A stretch of 64,000 nt of DNA from a virus (lineage: Duplodnaviria > Caudoviricetes), in the IMG/VR virus record IMGVR_UViG_3300002220_000288, positions 1 to 64,000 of that record. One strand, 5' to 3'. The position numbers were made by a program, and so were the translations under genes. Of the stretch, positions 27,501-36,709 are shown piece after piece; positions within the stretch are counted from its first letter, which is position 1, and the number at the start of each line of letters is the position of its first letter. The notes under the pieces are model-generated. The model searched no databases. It was not told the DNA's origin and worked only from the letters and a program-made list of their open reading frames with translations.

Positions 27501-29891
27501 GCTGTTGATAATTACTGGCTGACCTTGGTTGGTAAGCTTGGGGTGGGCGATCTGTGCGGCTGGGGCGGTCGCGGCAGGTTGGGGTGGCGCAGGCGTAACA
27601 GCCTCAGACTCAGGCTCCGTGGTTGTCGCTGTCAGAAGAGGAGGCGTTGTGATTGGTTCTGTAACGCCTGGTGCAGTGATCGTCTCCTCACCCACTATTG
27701 GCGGCTCGGCGGTAGTCGTAACTACCGGAGGGGGTTCCGTGCTAACCTTTGGCGGCTTTACTACTTCAGTTTCGCCCACCACGGGCGGAGGTTCGGGTAC
27801 AACTGGCGGCGGCTCAGGCGATACTTCTTGAGCGGGGGCCTCTAGTTGGGTTGCTGGCGTTAGGGCTTTCTGTGCGTACTCTTGGGCCTCTGCCTTGGCT
27901 TTATCCGCTCCGCCTGCCTCAACCCAGTCCTTGAAAGCCTTAGGATCAACTCCAATGCTCTTTAGCTTCCTGCGGCCTGCGCGAGAGCCAGCGATAGTGC
28001 TCAGCATGTCTATTACAAGTCCAGCGCCACCTCCGGTAGCCGCTTGCTCTAAAACGTCTGAGCCAATCTCGCTAATCGGCCTCCCGCCATACATCGACTC
28101 AAGCGCGTCTTGCGCCAATCCAGACAGTCCTTCTTGGAACGCCTCCGCGCCTGCCTGGGTAGCGCCGCTCTTTAAGAAGTCGCCCAACTTGGGGAATAAA
28201 AGCTTTACGATGTCTGATTCAGTCAGGGTCTTACCGGCAACGCCAGCTCCCTTTAGCTTAGAGACGATCCGCTCAATCGGAATGGCTTCAGTAAGCCCAA
28301 TACCGGCTCCAGCCGCTCCAATAGCCTGTCTCTGTCCCTCTGTCAATGGCTTTCCGCTTATGTCAGCGCGAGTAAGGGCTTCTTCGGTTCCAGCGGCAGC
28401 GCCTAGGGCGGCGGCGGCAGGTTTTCCGCCAACCATCCCGGCTACGATGTAAGGCGCGGTAGATCCAACCGCCTCAGCTAGTTTTCCAGGCGCAGATAAC
28501 GGGGCTTCCGGGAGTGCTTCCTGCTCTGTTTTAGCGATTAAACGAGCGGTCTTTTGACGGTTAAGGGCGTCTTCTCTTTCCCTGGCTTCCTTGCCAATGA
28601 ATCCACCGCCTCTTTGGGTGTCCGATTCAACCGGACGTAGAGCCTCTAAGTCTTCCCTGAGTCCACCAGGAACACGGCTAAGAACCCTCGGGATAGCGAA
28701 TAGACCAGATGCAACTCCCCTGACAGTAGCGTTGAACATATCACGGGCAACGGATGGCGCGTATACTTCTTCGATTGGTGGCTTCTGTGTTAGTATTGCC
28801 GGAGGAGTCCCAGCGGTTTCTGTTGGTTTTACTGACGTTTTAACAGTTGGGGGCGGCGCTGTAGCCCGTTCTCCGGGTTGTCCAAACTTAGGAAGAGATG
28901 GAACCAGCCTTGGTCCCGGCTTCGTAACTGGCCGACCAAATTCATCGACCTCAGGCTCTGCTTTCTTTGCAAACGGACTAGGCGTTACTTTCGGTGATTC
29001 ACCAGGAATAGGAACCTTAGAAATGCTTTGCTCCCACCTCTTTAGGGCTAGTTCTCTTGCCGCTTTTGCTGACTGCGCCCTAGATTCAGCTTCACCTTCC
29101 TCCCTTGCTCCGAGGCCGGAGGCTTCACTGGCAACCGCTTCTTCAATCTCAGCAGGCTCACCCTCGGCAACTATGTCAAAAGCCCGATTAACACCTTCAT
29201 CTATATCCTGAGCGTAGCGATTGGCCTTCTCTTCGCTGCCAAGTTCTACTTTGGCAATCGACCTAAGGATCTGCCGCATCGTATCCGGGTTGCTTGTGTC
29301 TATGGCCTCGTCTGGATCGACTCCTAAATCTTCAGCAACAATCCTGGCGTATTTATCTGGATCGTTTTTATCAGCTTTCGGCGCGTACCGATTGAATATC
29401 TTGCTTAGCGTGTCTAGGCCGTACTTCGACTGATAGTTTTGCAGTGTTATGGCCGCTGCCCGTGCGCTGCTAGAGGGTGTGTCGAAGATAGCGAATCCCT
29501 GCCTGCCGCCCTTAGTCTCTCCAATAAACGACTCTCCTGATGTTGGGCGCAAAGCAAACGGATTGTTGTTCTTTTCAATGGTCAATACGCCCTTGCCCGT
29601 GGATGGCGGTGCCATTGTGGTTGTCTGCTGCCTAGCTTGCGGCTGGGAGGTCGGCTTCGTCTGGCCATATGACTTAACGATGTCATTTAAGTCGTACTGT
29701 TCTCCCTTGTGGATTTTCCCGCGAATACCGAACAGTGCTTGTTTTACGCTTAAAGGAACGCCTTGTATAGCCTCAAAAGCTTCTCTTGGACTCTCTGAGT
29801 AAAAAGCATTAAACAACTGCTCGCTCTTTTCTTCGTCGAAAGGAAGCTTGTGTATTTGCTCAAGGATATTAGGAAGCTGCTGTTCGGCCAT
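24555..29891 (-). CDS. Polyvalent virion/ejected protein: lysozyme-like + Nudix + HipA/PI3K-like kinase + ADP-ribosyltransferase
   Basis: NNNPFALR..FAIFDTP..RYAP..NDPDKY; Nudix box PKGKLD..AIKEAWEETGL; LVKG/NEVLASKL/WLANYD..DN/IDPG; ART LVR..YVSTS..ENEVIL. Confidence 0.8.
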   Translation of the reverse strand: MAEQQLPNILEQIHKLPFDEEKSEQLFNAFYSESPREAFEAIQGVPLSVKQALFGIRGKIHKGEQYDLNDIVKSYGQTKPTSQPQARQQTTTMAPPSTGKGVLTIEKNNNPFALRPTSGESFIGETKGGRQGFAIFDTPSSSARAAAITLQNYQSKYGLDTLSKIFNRYAPKADKNDPDKYARIVAEDLGVDPDEAIDTSNPDTMRQILRSIAKVELGSEEKANRYAQDIDEGVNRAFDIVAEGEPAEIEEAVASEASGLGAREEGEAESRAQSAKAARELALKRWEQSISKVPIPGESPKVTPSPFAKKAEPEVDEFGRPVTKPGPRLVPSLPKFGQPGERATAPPPTVKTSVKPTETAGTPPAILTQKPPIEEVYAPSVARDMFNATVRGVASGLFAIPRVLSRVPGGLREDLEALRPVESDTQRGGGFIGKEAREREDALNRQKTARLIAKTEQEALPEAPLSAPGKLAEAVGSTAPYIVAGMVGGKPAAAALGAAAGTEEALTRADISGKPLTEGQRQAIGAAGAGIGLTEAIPIERIVSKLKGAGVAGKTLTESDIVKLLFPKLGDFLKSGATQAGAEAFQEGLSGLAQDALESMYGGRPISEIGSDVLEQAATGGGAGLVIDMLSTIAGSRAGRRKLKSIGVDPKAFKDWVEAGGADKAKAEAQEYAQKALTPATQLEAPAQEVSPEPPPVVPEPPPVVGETEVVKPPKVSTEPPPVVTTTAEPPIVGEETITAPGVTEPITTPPLLTATTTEPESEAVTPAPPQPAATAPAAQIAHPKLTNQGQPVIINSPSTPTPDATWTDPATTAVFVPEGDTPDLIGNTKLEPWNPPQGGWSKISGVNERLDTRKPFTPNPSKQSASGVIVVEDDGRVWLISPTNQFGGYDNTLPKGKLDPNLTMQENAIKEAWEETGLKVDIIGVVGDYEKSTSKVRYYLAKRTGGTPKNMGWEAQAVKLATLDDAKSLLNQQIDKDIISDLEKMISSGKLAEIKDGTPRKLSTYGQEVAPKTGGSNPGGWYKDGNTEWLVKGNSKKVSGSVPPEQSDNRAANEVLASKLIRSVVKFAAPDMKLIDLEGKYGGGLGVASKKVPSLYYFNPNNSEHLKAAQKTFALHAWLANYDVLGMGYDNLSINQNDEAVNIDPGGALLFRAQGLPKGSSHGVINGLLDPSAPEFESMRTTTQEQKAVFGKMTASQLKDSAKFLESITDEKIKKLVNTYGWGSDADKAALAENLIQRKNSILQKAGVTATSSVPQTTAQPPIQPSVTQPPPAPPQVSQQAPTTTQAPSTPSQTTAAQPATAAAQSTATQSASTPVLTQMGDLSTNQGKFSVPQQFLDKYNQMTQDNKSSFIKVLNKVAGSRTSTGSSAASMSYVQDQINIANQKISEYDQKIASGTATDFDKERKKYYSELVKPYLEYVASSGKIAKATGYIAPSGAALASVSAVPPRPQWVQNYKAQSKGIVTKGSISNEDALNNYAFLAGLFGKSHSEAKKANTILKNAQKKNGNIQPSIIDQAIQEAKQKYLQFQPFLQVIDKKWIAPISQYFTEKQPGDEFKFPYSGSATSAAAGDIDPGKKDKFKAAQSAVISNLNKTQKDTLKKYTGTMASSVNTALGEYFNSGNSISESNKKYIKTMDAAFKKSKLGENVKLVRNIGSKFFWKWFGMDEGGIADNNLDLLKGKSYTEICYVSTSKNPDSSICLQDTSKGRIKFIINAGKNFHGIDVSSISSHPENEVILSRGTTYVIREIKHTKSGASPSSNVWEVFVDIVDQTPGEIQ

Positions 29892-29906
29892 GTATATAGT
29901 TTACCT

Positions 29907-31721
29907 TTATCGGTTAAGGGGTTGACCCCAGTAATCTGTTCCGGTCGGCAGTTCCGGTTGGGTCATGAGAGAAGGAGGTAGCTCCTCGGCCTTTCTTTCC
30001 TCTTTAGATAAGCCAGATGCCCTAGTAGCCGCTCTTCCAAATGAAGGAGGTATTCCTGTGACTGGAGGCTTTTTAGAAAACCGATACAGCCCTGACGCCA
30101 TGCGGCTAGACGAGACAGGAGATTGCCCCATCCTGAATCCAGTAGCTACCTGAGACGGCGTGAACAGGGATGCGTGGGTTAGTTGCGACAGGGCGATAGC
30201 AGAGGCCATTGGGTTGTAGTAGGAGTAATCAGCCTGAGGAGTCATCTTTAGGTTAGCTCCCCATCCTGCGCCAAGTATGTCAGCGTCCATCATGGCCAGT
30301 TTCTGAACTTCTTTATAGGTTTTAGTTACTTCTTCTCCTGGCACCTCTATATTCCAAGGTGTTAGGAGGTCTGCCGGAGATCCGATAGGTATTTTGCCAG
30401 TTCCAGACAAAGCCTCTTTTGTGTTCTTTAGCTCGTCAAACGCTTTATTTTGAGCTTTCCTGATCGAATCATTCAACATTACCTTTATCTTTTTGTCAAT
30501 GCCAAGATCAACCGGCATAACTCCCTTGTCGTATAAGGATGAAAGCGTCCTGTTTAGTCTTTCTTTTTCTAGTTCAGCCTCAGCGAACGAAAGCTTCCCC
30601 GTTGGCATATCTCCCATTAACGAGTCAAATGCCTCCTTGAGGGAATTTTTCTCTTTTAGCCCTTTCGTGGCTGTCACTAAATCGTTGAATTGGTTTACCA
30701 TTTCGGACTTAAAATCAACAATTTTTGTCTCGTCTGGCGAAACGAGTCCCATACCTCTTAATCCGTCCATTAACTCGTCTGCCTCTTTTGAAGCGTTCTT
30801 CATAGCTCCAACGACTGTAGAAAATCTTTTCTCTACTTCATCAAGACCTTTATCCGTGAACTTGCTAGATGTCTTTATCATTCTGTCGGCAAGTTCTTTA
30901 TGGTACTGCTTTGCGTTCTTTGCTTTTTGGCCGAATCTAGCCTTTAGCGGGAGAGACCACCTAGCCAGTAAGTCGGATACAGCCGGGGCGACTCCCTTGA
31001 CCGCGCCGCCAGCTCCACGAAGCCCGAGATCAACCATTAGTCCTAAGCCTGCGGAATCAACAGCTTTATCCCAGTCGCCTGTTTTAGCATACTCTTGAGA
31101 ACTCGAAAGTATGTTGCTTGCTAGTAAATCCGCTGCCCTGGCTATCTTTGGAGCTTTTTGCGTAAGCGAAGCTACTGCTGGCAGTTTGGTGGCGGCTGTG
31201 TACGGGATTGCAAATCCTGCGATATCGGCTGTTAGTTCTCCTGCTTTACCGGCAAATGTTTCAGGGGCCTTTACTGCCTCGGCTAAGGTGGTAGAAGGTT
31301 TCCTGTCAGGCTTGACCAACTGACTAACTGTTTCAGCCAAGCTAAAGGCTGGGCCTAACCCGGCAGCTACGGCGGACCTCCCGGCCTCGGCCAATTCGGT
31401 TGGTACTGTAACAGAAGACGGCTCAATGCCAGCTAATCTCGCAATTCCAACTGGCTGCTGGGCCACAGAGGAAACCACCCCGGTCATGAATTCACCGACT
31501 GGCTTAACGACTTCTTTAGCTGCCTCTATATAGGTAGATGGCTCAAATTGCTTTATCTTCTTGGCTAGAGCGGACGGCATACCGGCAATCCCTTTAGGCG
31601 GCGGTGCAGTGCCAATAAGTGAAGCGCCACGCTCAATCGCTGCCTGCACGTTCTCCTCTGGAATATCGCCAATAGTTCCATCGGGCAGTTTTATACTTAC
31701 CTTTTTCCCTTTATCAGCCAT
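29907..31721 (-). CDS. Putative internal virion/ejection protein
   Basis: Ala/Gly-rich helical, position between tail and polyvalent genes. Confidence 0.6.
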   Translation of the reverse strand: MADKGKKVSIKLPDGTIGDIPEENVQAAIERGASLIGTAPPPKGIAGMPSALAKKIKQFEPSTYIEAAKEVVKPVGEFMTGVVSSVAQQPVGIARLAGIEPSSVTVPTELAEAGRSAVAAGLGPAFSLAETVSQLVKPDRKPSTTLAEAVKAPETFAGKAGELTADIAGFAIPYTAATKLPAVASLTQKAPKIARAADLLASNILSSSQEYAKTGDWDKAVDSAGLGLMVDLGLRGAGGAVKGVAPAVSDLLARWSLPLKARFGQKAKNAKQYHKELADRMIKTSSKFTDKGLDEVEKRFSTVVGAMKNASKEADELMDGLRGMGLVSPDETKIVDFKSEMVNQFNDLVTATKGLKEKNSLKEAFDSLMGDMPTGKLSFAEAELEKERLNRTLSSLYDKGVMPVDLGIDKKIKVMLNDSIRKAQNKAFDELKNTKEALSGTGKIPIGSPADLLTPWNIEVPGEEVTKTYKEVQKLAMMDADILGAGWGANLKMTPQADYSYYNPMASAIALSQLTHASLFTPSQVATGFRMGQSPVSSSRMASGLYRFSKKPPVTGIPPSFGRAATRASGLSKEERKAEELPPSLMTQPELPTGTDYWGQPLNR

Positions 31722-31731
31722 ACCTAGTTCC

Positions 31732-33597
31732 TTACCTTGGCGTGAATCCTAAATCTTTGAATTGGTCCGCCGCCGAGCCTTTAGCCTCATCTCTTTTCTT
31801 ATACTGAGTGGAAACCTTTGGCAGTACTGCGTCAAGAGTCTTGCCCGGTATATTCATCTCCGAGCCAACAGCTCTCAGCCTGTTCAGCTCTTCGGAGTAC
31901 TCTGACCTCGCCTTCCCTGTTAGGCTGTTAAGTACGTTGACAAATCTCTTTCTTGTAGGAGCATCAAACTTATCTGCTTGGTTCTTTAGCAAGTTATTGA
32001 ACTCTGTGCTGACAGCGGAAAGCCTTCCCTTTGCCGCAGAGAACGAGTCGTATTCGCCTTCTCTTACGCCAGTGGTAATATCGGTCAACTTAGCAACCGC
32101 TCTTATGATAAGCATATCCGCCAAGCTATAATTTCCATCCTTCTTTGCGTCTTCCAAGGCTTTCATGGCTCCATCAACAGAAGCCGTAGTAGTCCGGTAA
32201 TGCTTTGCGACAGCGTTTTTATCTAGCTGATTGTTAATATACTGGATATACTGAGCAGACTTAGCATCTTTCCTGGATTCTGCGGCGTCGTATGCCAGGG
32301 CCATCCTGCTCTGCTGCTCTTTTTCGCTCCTATCTGCGGATATTGCCTGAGCCATGACATTATCCATTCCCTTCATGTCCCCCTGGTCTTTCATGGAGTC
32401 AAGGAGTCCTTTGTAGGCTTGGAATATCTTCGGAGATACAGATGCATTTAGGGCATTTAGAGAGGTGTCGTATACTTTCTCGACCTGCTGAGGAGTAGGT
32501 CTGGTTAACTCGGACGTAGCAAGTTCTCTAACCCCACTTGAATATAGGGCTTGCTTATCTGGTCGGTACACACCAAAGCCACTTTTTCCGCTGGTGGTGA
32601 AGCCTTGAAATGTCTCACCTGTGGATTGGTCAATATACATCTTGGGTTCCCCGCGAGACTCCCTGGTAGGCATCCCCGCCCTGATGGCAAGCATCCTGTC
32701 TTGCTCTAGTGTTTCCATGGGGACCTGCGTGAATCCTTCAGTCCTCTGGGCCGAAGGCGGAGCCGCTTCTGCTGGCGGCGCGGCTGTTCTTTGCTCGGTT
32801 AGAGCAACTGAAGGAATTGCAGCAGTTGGCTGAATCGGAGAGCCGCCAACGTACTCTTTTGCCGCTGCTTGTTTTTCCTTCTCTCTCTCTACGGCTAACC
32901 TTTCCATTTCGGTCATTGGTCTAAATTCAGAGTAAGCCTTCTCCACGGAAGGGAGCCTGACAGAAGGGCCAAGAACTTGCTGAGCCTGCGAGTAGATGGA
33001 CCGCAGTTCCGGGTCGGTCATGAACGTCTTTACGTCAGCGCCGGGTTGAGACTTCAGGATTTCAGATATCCTTGAACCAGCCTGACTGTCTAACTGAGAC
33101 TGTATCCTAGTTCTCGACAGAGACGGATCACTCGCCATCTGGAGCGCCTCAACTACCGGCTCCATGGAAAGAGGCTGGCCTTTCTTGGGAATATTCCCGC
33201 CAACTAGTCCAGTTGCGATGTTCTTTACTACGTCAGTTAAGGGATTTCCGGTTCGCTTAGAAGTAGCCTCTTTGTCTCCAGCGATGCTCTGGATTAACGG
33301 AACAGACAACTTGGCGTGAAGCATTTGCTTCTGCTGATCCGGTAAGTCGCTTGCTGCTACCGTCTTGATTGCCTGCTGGTAAGCGTTGAATTGCTTCTCG
33401 CGCTCAGCCTCTTGCGTTGCATACTTCTGCATACGGCCTTGGCGTAAGCCGTTAATGAAGTTCATTGCAATATTGCCGATAGCCGCACCAGTACCCTCCA
33501 ACCCGGTTACAGGAGGCACTGGGAACGGAGCCATAGAAGCAGCGGCTGGCTTGGTCAGGTACTCAGAAAACGGTCCTAGTTGATCTTGTTGTGCCAT
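31732..33597 (-). CDS. Putative internal virion/ejection protein
   Basis: Helical, GVREGEY C-terminal motif, position. Confidence 0.6.
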   Translation of the reverse strand: MAQQDQLGPFSEYLTKPAAASMAPFPVPPVTGLEGTGAAIGNIAMNFINGLRQGRMQKYATQEAEREKQFNAYQQAIKTVAASDLPDQQKQMLHAKLSVPLIQSIAGDKEATSKRTGNPLTDVVKNIATGLVGGNIPKKGQPLSMEPVVEALQMASDPSLSRTRIQSQLDSQAGSRISEILKSQPGADVKTFMTDPELRSIYSQAQQVLGPSVRLPSVEKAYSEFRPMTEMERLAVEREKEKQAAAKEYVGGSPIQPTAAIPSVALTEQRTAAPPAEAAPPSAQRTEGFTQVPMETLEQDRMLAIRAGMPTRESRGEPKMYIDQSTGETFQGFTTSGKSGFGVYRPDKQALYSSGVRELATSELTRPTPQQVEKVYDTSLNALNASVSPKIFQAYKGLLDSMKDQGDMKGMDNVMAQAISADRSEKEQQSRMALAYDAAESRKDAKSAQYIQYINNQLDKNAVAKHYRTTTASVDGAMKALEDAKKDGNYSLADMLIIRAVAKLTDITTGVREGEYDSFSAAKGRLSAVSTEFNNLLKNQADKFDAPTRKRFVNVLNSLTGKARSEYSEELNRLRAVGSEMNIPGKTLDAVLPKVSTQYKKRDEAKGSAADQFKDLGFTPR

Positions 33598-33609
33598 GGT
33601 ATCTCTTAA

Positions 33610-34332
33610 TTAAAAGCCAGGAGGCATTACGCTACCGCCAAACCCGGAAGGCGAACCGGGCATATAGCTTGGCAGTCTATACCCGCTCAAAGAGGTCATA
33701 AACGGGTTGGCTGTAGATGTTGGAAGGTTGGCCATGGCCGGAGTAGCTGATCCGCCTCCCCTGTTAAACAAACCAGACAGTCCGCCGCCAGTTGCGATAT
33801 TTCCAGCCGCACCAGCAAGGCTGCCGATCAATCCAAGTTGAGATGCTTTCTGTTGTTGCTGCATCTGCATGATTTGCTGGTTAGTTGTTCCAGCGCCCTC
33901 TACTCCACGATAGCCAGCACCAGCCGACTGAAGGCCCACGCTACCAGCCTCTGAAGCAAGACCCTGAAGGGCGGGAAAAGCGGACAGATAAGCTTGGTTC
34001 AGCATCGACGACTGCTGACCTGCCGCCTCGCGGCCTAGTTGTCCAAGTGCGGCTGTACGCGCAGCGCCAGGAGCCATCTCCATGATATTGCCACGAGCCT
34101 GCTGAGTCATCCTGGTTAGATTGGCTAGAGGAATAGCCGATGCCGACATGATCTTTGTCGGGTCGCCGGATGCTAACTGAGTATAGTAATCTACTGCCGG
34201 AGCCTGTAGTTTTTGCCGCTGAGCAAGTCCTTCTTTGGATTGCTCGATAAAGTACTTGCCAAGCTCTTCTTGCTGCTGGCTAAGTGCTTGTTGCCGTTGC
34301 TGTGTTTCTTTACGCTGTTTGCCGCCGCCCAT
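33610..34332 (-). CDS. Putative small ejection/pilot protein
   Basis: MGGGK N-terminus, Gln/Ala/Gly-rich, typical of podovirus DNA-transfer proteins. Confidence 0.6.
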   Translation of the reverse strand: MGGGKQRKETQQRQQALSQQQEELGKYFIEQSKEGLAQRQKLQAPAVDYYTQLASGDPTKIMSASAIPLANLTRMTQQARGNIMEMAPGAARTAALGQLGREAAGQQSSMLNQAYLSAFPALQGLASEAGSVGLQSAGAGYRGVEGAGTTNQQIMQMQQQQKASQLGLIGSLAGAAGNIATGGGLSGLFNRGGGSATPAMANLPTSTANPFMTSLSGYRLPSYMPGSPSGFGGSVMPPGF

Positions 34333-34358
34333 AGATAAAAGGAGACTCCTCTACCTAG

Positions 34359-34384
34359 ATTGTAGGTTTTAGAGTCTCCCAATA
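34359..34384 (-). promoter_or_regulatory. Candidate late promoter motif TATTG-N15-TACAAT
   Basis: Same spacing as at 51324 and 61307; embedded in GGAGACTC/GAGTCTCC inverted repeat. Confidence 0.5.
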
Positions 34385-34397
34385 TCAAAGTAAAATG

Positions 34398-35375
34398 CTA
34401 TCCGAGGGTTGCGATTACTTGCGCTTCCAGTTCAGAACAGTAAGCCGGGTTAGCCAATAAGTACTGAGTTGCCTTCTCTTTACCCTGTATCCGCTCTCCG
34501 TTTATCGTATACCAAGCCCCGCTTCGTTCGATAAATCCCTTTTCTTGACCAAGATCAATCAGGTCGCTTTCTCGGCTAAACCCTTCACCGTATACGATCT
34601 CGGTTTCGCACTCACGGAAAGGCGGGGCCAGCTTATTCTTTACGACTTTCACTTTTACAGTATTACCGACAACTAGCTCTCCGTCTTTGTGAAGAGTAGA
34701 GCGGAATGTTTGCATACGGACTGAGGCGTAGAACTTCAGCGCCTTTCCTCCGCTGGTGACGGTGGGATCTCCATACGATATTCCGATGGTAGACCGAATC
34801 TGGTTAATCATTAAAACGGCTGTGTTGGCGTCAGATGCTAGGTCAGCAAAGAGCGGACAAGCCTTAGACATCAGCCTTGCCACTATGCCAACATTGGCAT
34901 CTGCCATGTCGCCCTCAAAGACTACTCGGGGAACCAGTGATGCTACTGAGTCAAGTACAATCATGCCAAAAGCCTTAGACTGCAAACCGAACTTGATGAT
35001 ATCCAACGCCTGCTCTCCGTTGTCAGGCTGGCTTATAATCAACTCGTCCATGTCGATACCGAGGTTACGGGCGTACTTCGGGTCGAGGGCGTGCTCTACG
35101 TCAACAAACAGGACGCTATAGCCTGCTTTCTGGCAGTTCGCGGCAGCTTGCAGGGCAAGTGTAGTCTTGCCAGACGATTCCATTCCAAAGACTTCCGTAA
35201 TCCTTCCACGAGGGATTCCGCCGATTCCTGTGGCGATGTCTATCTTTACGGAGCCAGTTGATATGACATCTACGTTAGGCTTTTTGTCTTTGGCGGTAAT
35301 TACCGATTCATCGCCAAATTCCTTACGAGCCGACTTCAGGAACGACTCGATATTCTTCTTTGTTTCTTCGCTCAA
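34398..35375 (-). CDS. recA: RecA recombinase
   Basis: GGIPRGRITEVFGMESSGKTTL, DVEHALDP, SQPDNGEQAL, INQIR, GGKALKFYASVR, KNKLAPPFR. Confidence 0.96.
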   Translation of the reverse strand: MSEETKKNIESFLKSARKEFGDESVITAKDKKPNVDVISTGSVKIDIATGIGGIPRGRITEVFGMESSGKTTLALQAAANCQKAGYSVLFVDVEHALDPKYARNLGIDMDELIISQPDNGEQALDIIKFGLQSKAFGMIVLDSVASLVPRVVFEGDMADANVGIVARLMSKACPLFADLASDANTAVLMINQIRSTIGISYGDPTVTSGGKALKFYASVRMQTFRSTLHKDGELVVGNTVKVKVVKNKLAPPFRECETEIVYGEGFSRESDLIDLGQEKGFIERSGAWYTINGERIQGKEKATQYLLANPAYCSELEAQVIATLG

Positions 35376-35871
35376 TCCATGCCTCCTTTGATATGGCTGA
35401 GGTTACGCAAGCGTCGATCTTGCCTTGGTAGGTACAAAAATTATCGACTGGCTCGTATTGCCTTAGCCCTAGTCTTTTGGCGTATGCGAGTGCGGCTTTA
35501 TTCGATAAAGGAGTTGTACCAAACAGAAAGTCGATACCGTACACGTCAAAGGTATAGTCTAGCATGAGACGGCCAGCGTGTAAAGCCTCGAAGATATTAC
35601 AGTTAGGCATAAAACCAAACCCTAGTTCTGCCTTGACTACGGGAGGATCGGAGCCGATGACAAGCAGGTTGTCTATCCATCCTGCGCCGATCAACTCCTC
35701 TCCCCTGAACGCCCCATAGAAAGCAGTTGCGTTCATTGCCCAGTCAAGAGCAAATTTAAGGTCGTGCGGGAATGCGTAAAAGACCTGATTGGCCCGTCCC
35801 GAGTGGACCATATTCAGATACCACAACCCGATTAGGTTTGAGTTTTTGTTTATCGGCGTAATTGTTATCAT
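35323..35871 (-). CDS. GNAT-like acetyltransferase
   Basis: LFGTTPLSNKAALAYAKRLGL, a GNAT C-terminal pattern. Confidence 0.6.
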   Translation of the reverse strand: MITITPINKNSNLIGLWYLNMVHSGRANQVFYAFPHDLKFALDWAMNATAFYGAFRGEELIGAGWIDNLLVIGSDPPVVKAELGFGFMPNCNIFEALHAGRLMLDYTFDVYGIDFLFGTTPLSNKAALAYAKRLGLRQYEPVDNFCTYQGKIDACVTSAISKEAWIERRNKEEYRVVPEVGS

Positions 35872-36379
35872 TCTTTTCGTACCTGTATACCATCACAAAA
35901 GACGGCTCCATGTGGATTGTAAGTCCTGTGTCGTTTAGCCATACGGCCATTTTCACCAGCAGCTTGTTGTCTGGTTGTAGTAGTCCGCCATCGGAAACGT
36001 CGTAGTCAAAACCAGCCCTGCGGGGTCCGCCGCCAGTTGCATCTTGGATATAGAGCATCGTGTTGTCGGCACCCCAATCCATCTTCGTGCTCCCATCAGG
36101 GGCGGTTGTCTGCAAGCCTAAAAGCACGCCAGCAAACTTCCCTGGCTCAACTTTCCCGATAGGCCAAGCCAAGAAGTCACCGTACACGCGGAGAATCCGA
36201 ACTCGATACCCAGGCGGAGGGTTAAACGTGATAGCCTTTACCGCGTATCCGGCAGTCCCCCATGTGTCCTGACGAAAATCAGGCTCGCCTTTGATATCAA
36301 CGGATAGGTTAGTTGCGGCAGAGTAGGTCTGCGCTACTGAAGAAAGTGCAGTAAATAAGACCAAAATCAACTTAGTCAT
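35756..36379 (-). CDS. Hypothetical protein with signal-peptide-like N-terminus
   Basis: MTKLILVLFTALSSVAQ; ATGA-coupled. Confidence 0.6.
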   Translation of the reverse strand: MTKLILVLFTALSSVAQTYSAATNLSVDIKGEPDFRQDTWGTAGYAVKAITFNPPPGYRVRILRVYGDFLAWPIGKVEPGKFAGVLLGLQTTAPDGSTKMDWGADNTMLYIQDATGGGPRRAGFDYDVSDGGLLQPDNKLLVKMAVWLNDTGLTIHMEPSFVMVYRYEKNDNNYADKQKLKPNRVVVSEYGPLGTGQSGLLRIPARP

Positions 36380-36702
36380 GCTGCTTCTAGCTCCTTCTTC
36401 AACGGGAGGACCCATTCCAAATCGTTAGGCGAAAAGTTATTGTGAGAGGAGAGTAGTTCTAGCAACCGCTTTCGCTCTTCCTTCTCTATCTCGAAAGTCT
36501 CTCTCCCGCTGGCATTAGCAGAGACTTCATCAATGATGATCTCGCCAGTCGGCAACGCTTGAAGGTACTGTTCTCGGTCCTTTACCTTAATCTTGTTTCT
36601 GATATCGTAAAAGACTTCGATATCGGCCACTGATCCTCGCTGCTGTCCGAGAAGGACTTCTAGAAATATTCGCTGCTTAATGCTTAATTCAATTGATGCC
36701 AT
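36376..36702 (-). CDS. Hypothetical protein, possible tail fibre chaperone
   Basis: Immediately downstream of the fibre; TATAAT 6 nt upstream of ATG. Confidence 0.55.
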   Translation of the reverse strand: MASIELSIKQRIFLEVLLGQQRGSVADIEVFYDIRNKIKVKDREQYLQALPTGEIIIDEVSANASGRETFEIEKEERKRLLELLSSHNNFSPNDLEWVLPLKKELEAA

Positions 36703-36709
36703 ATCGCCA

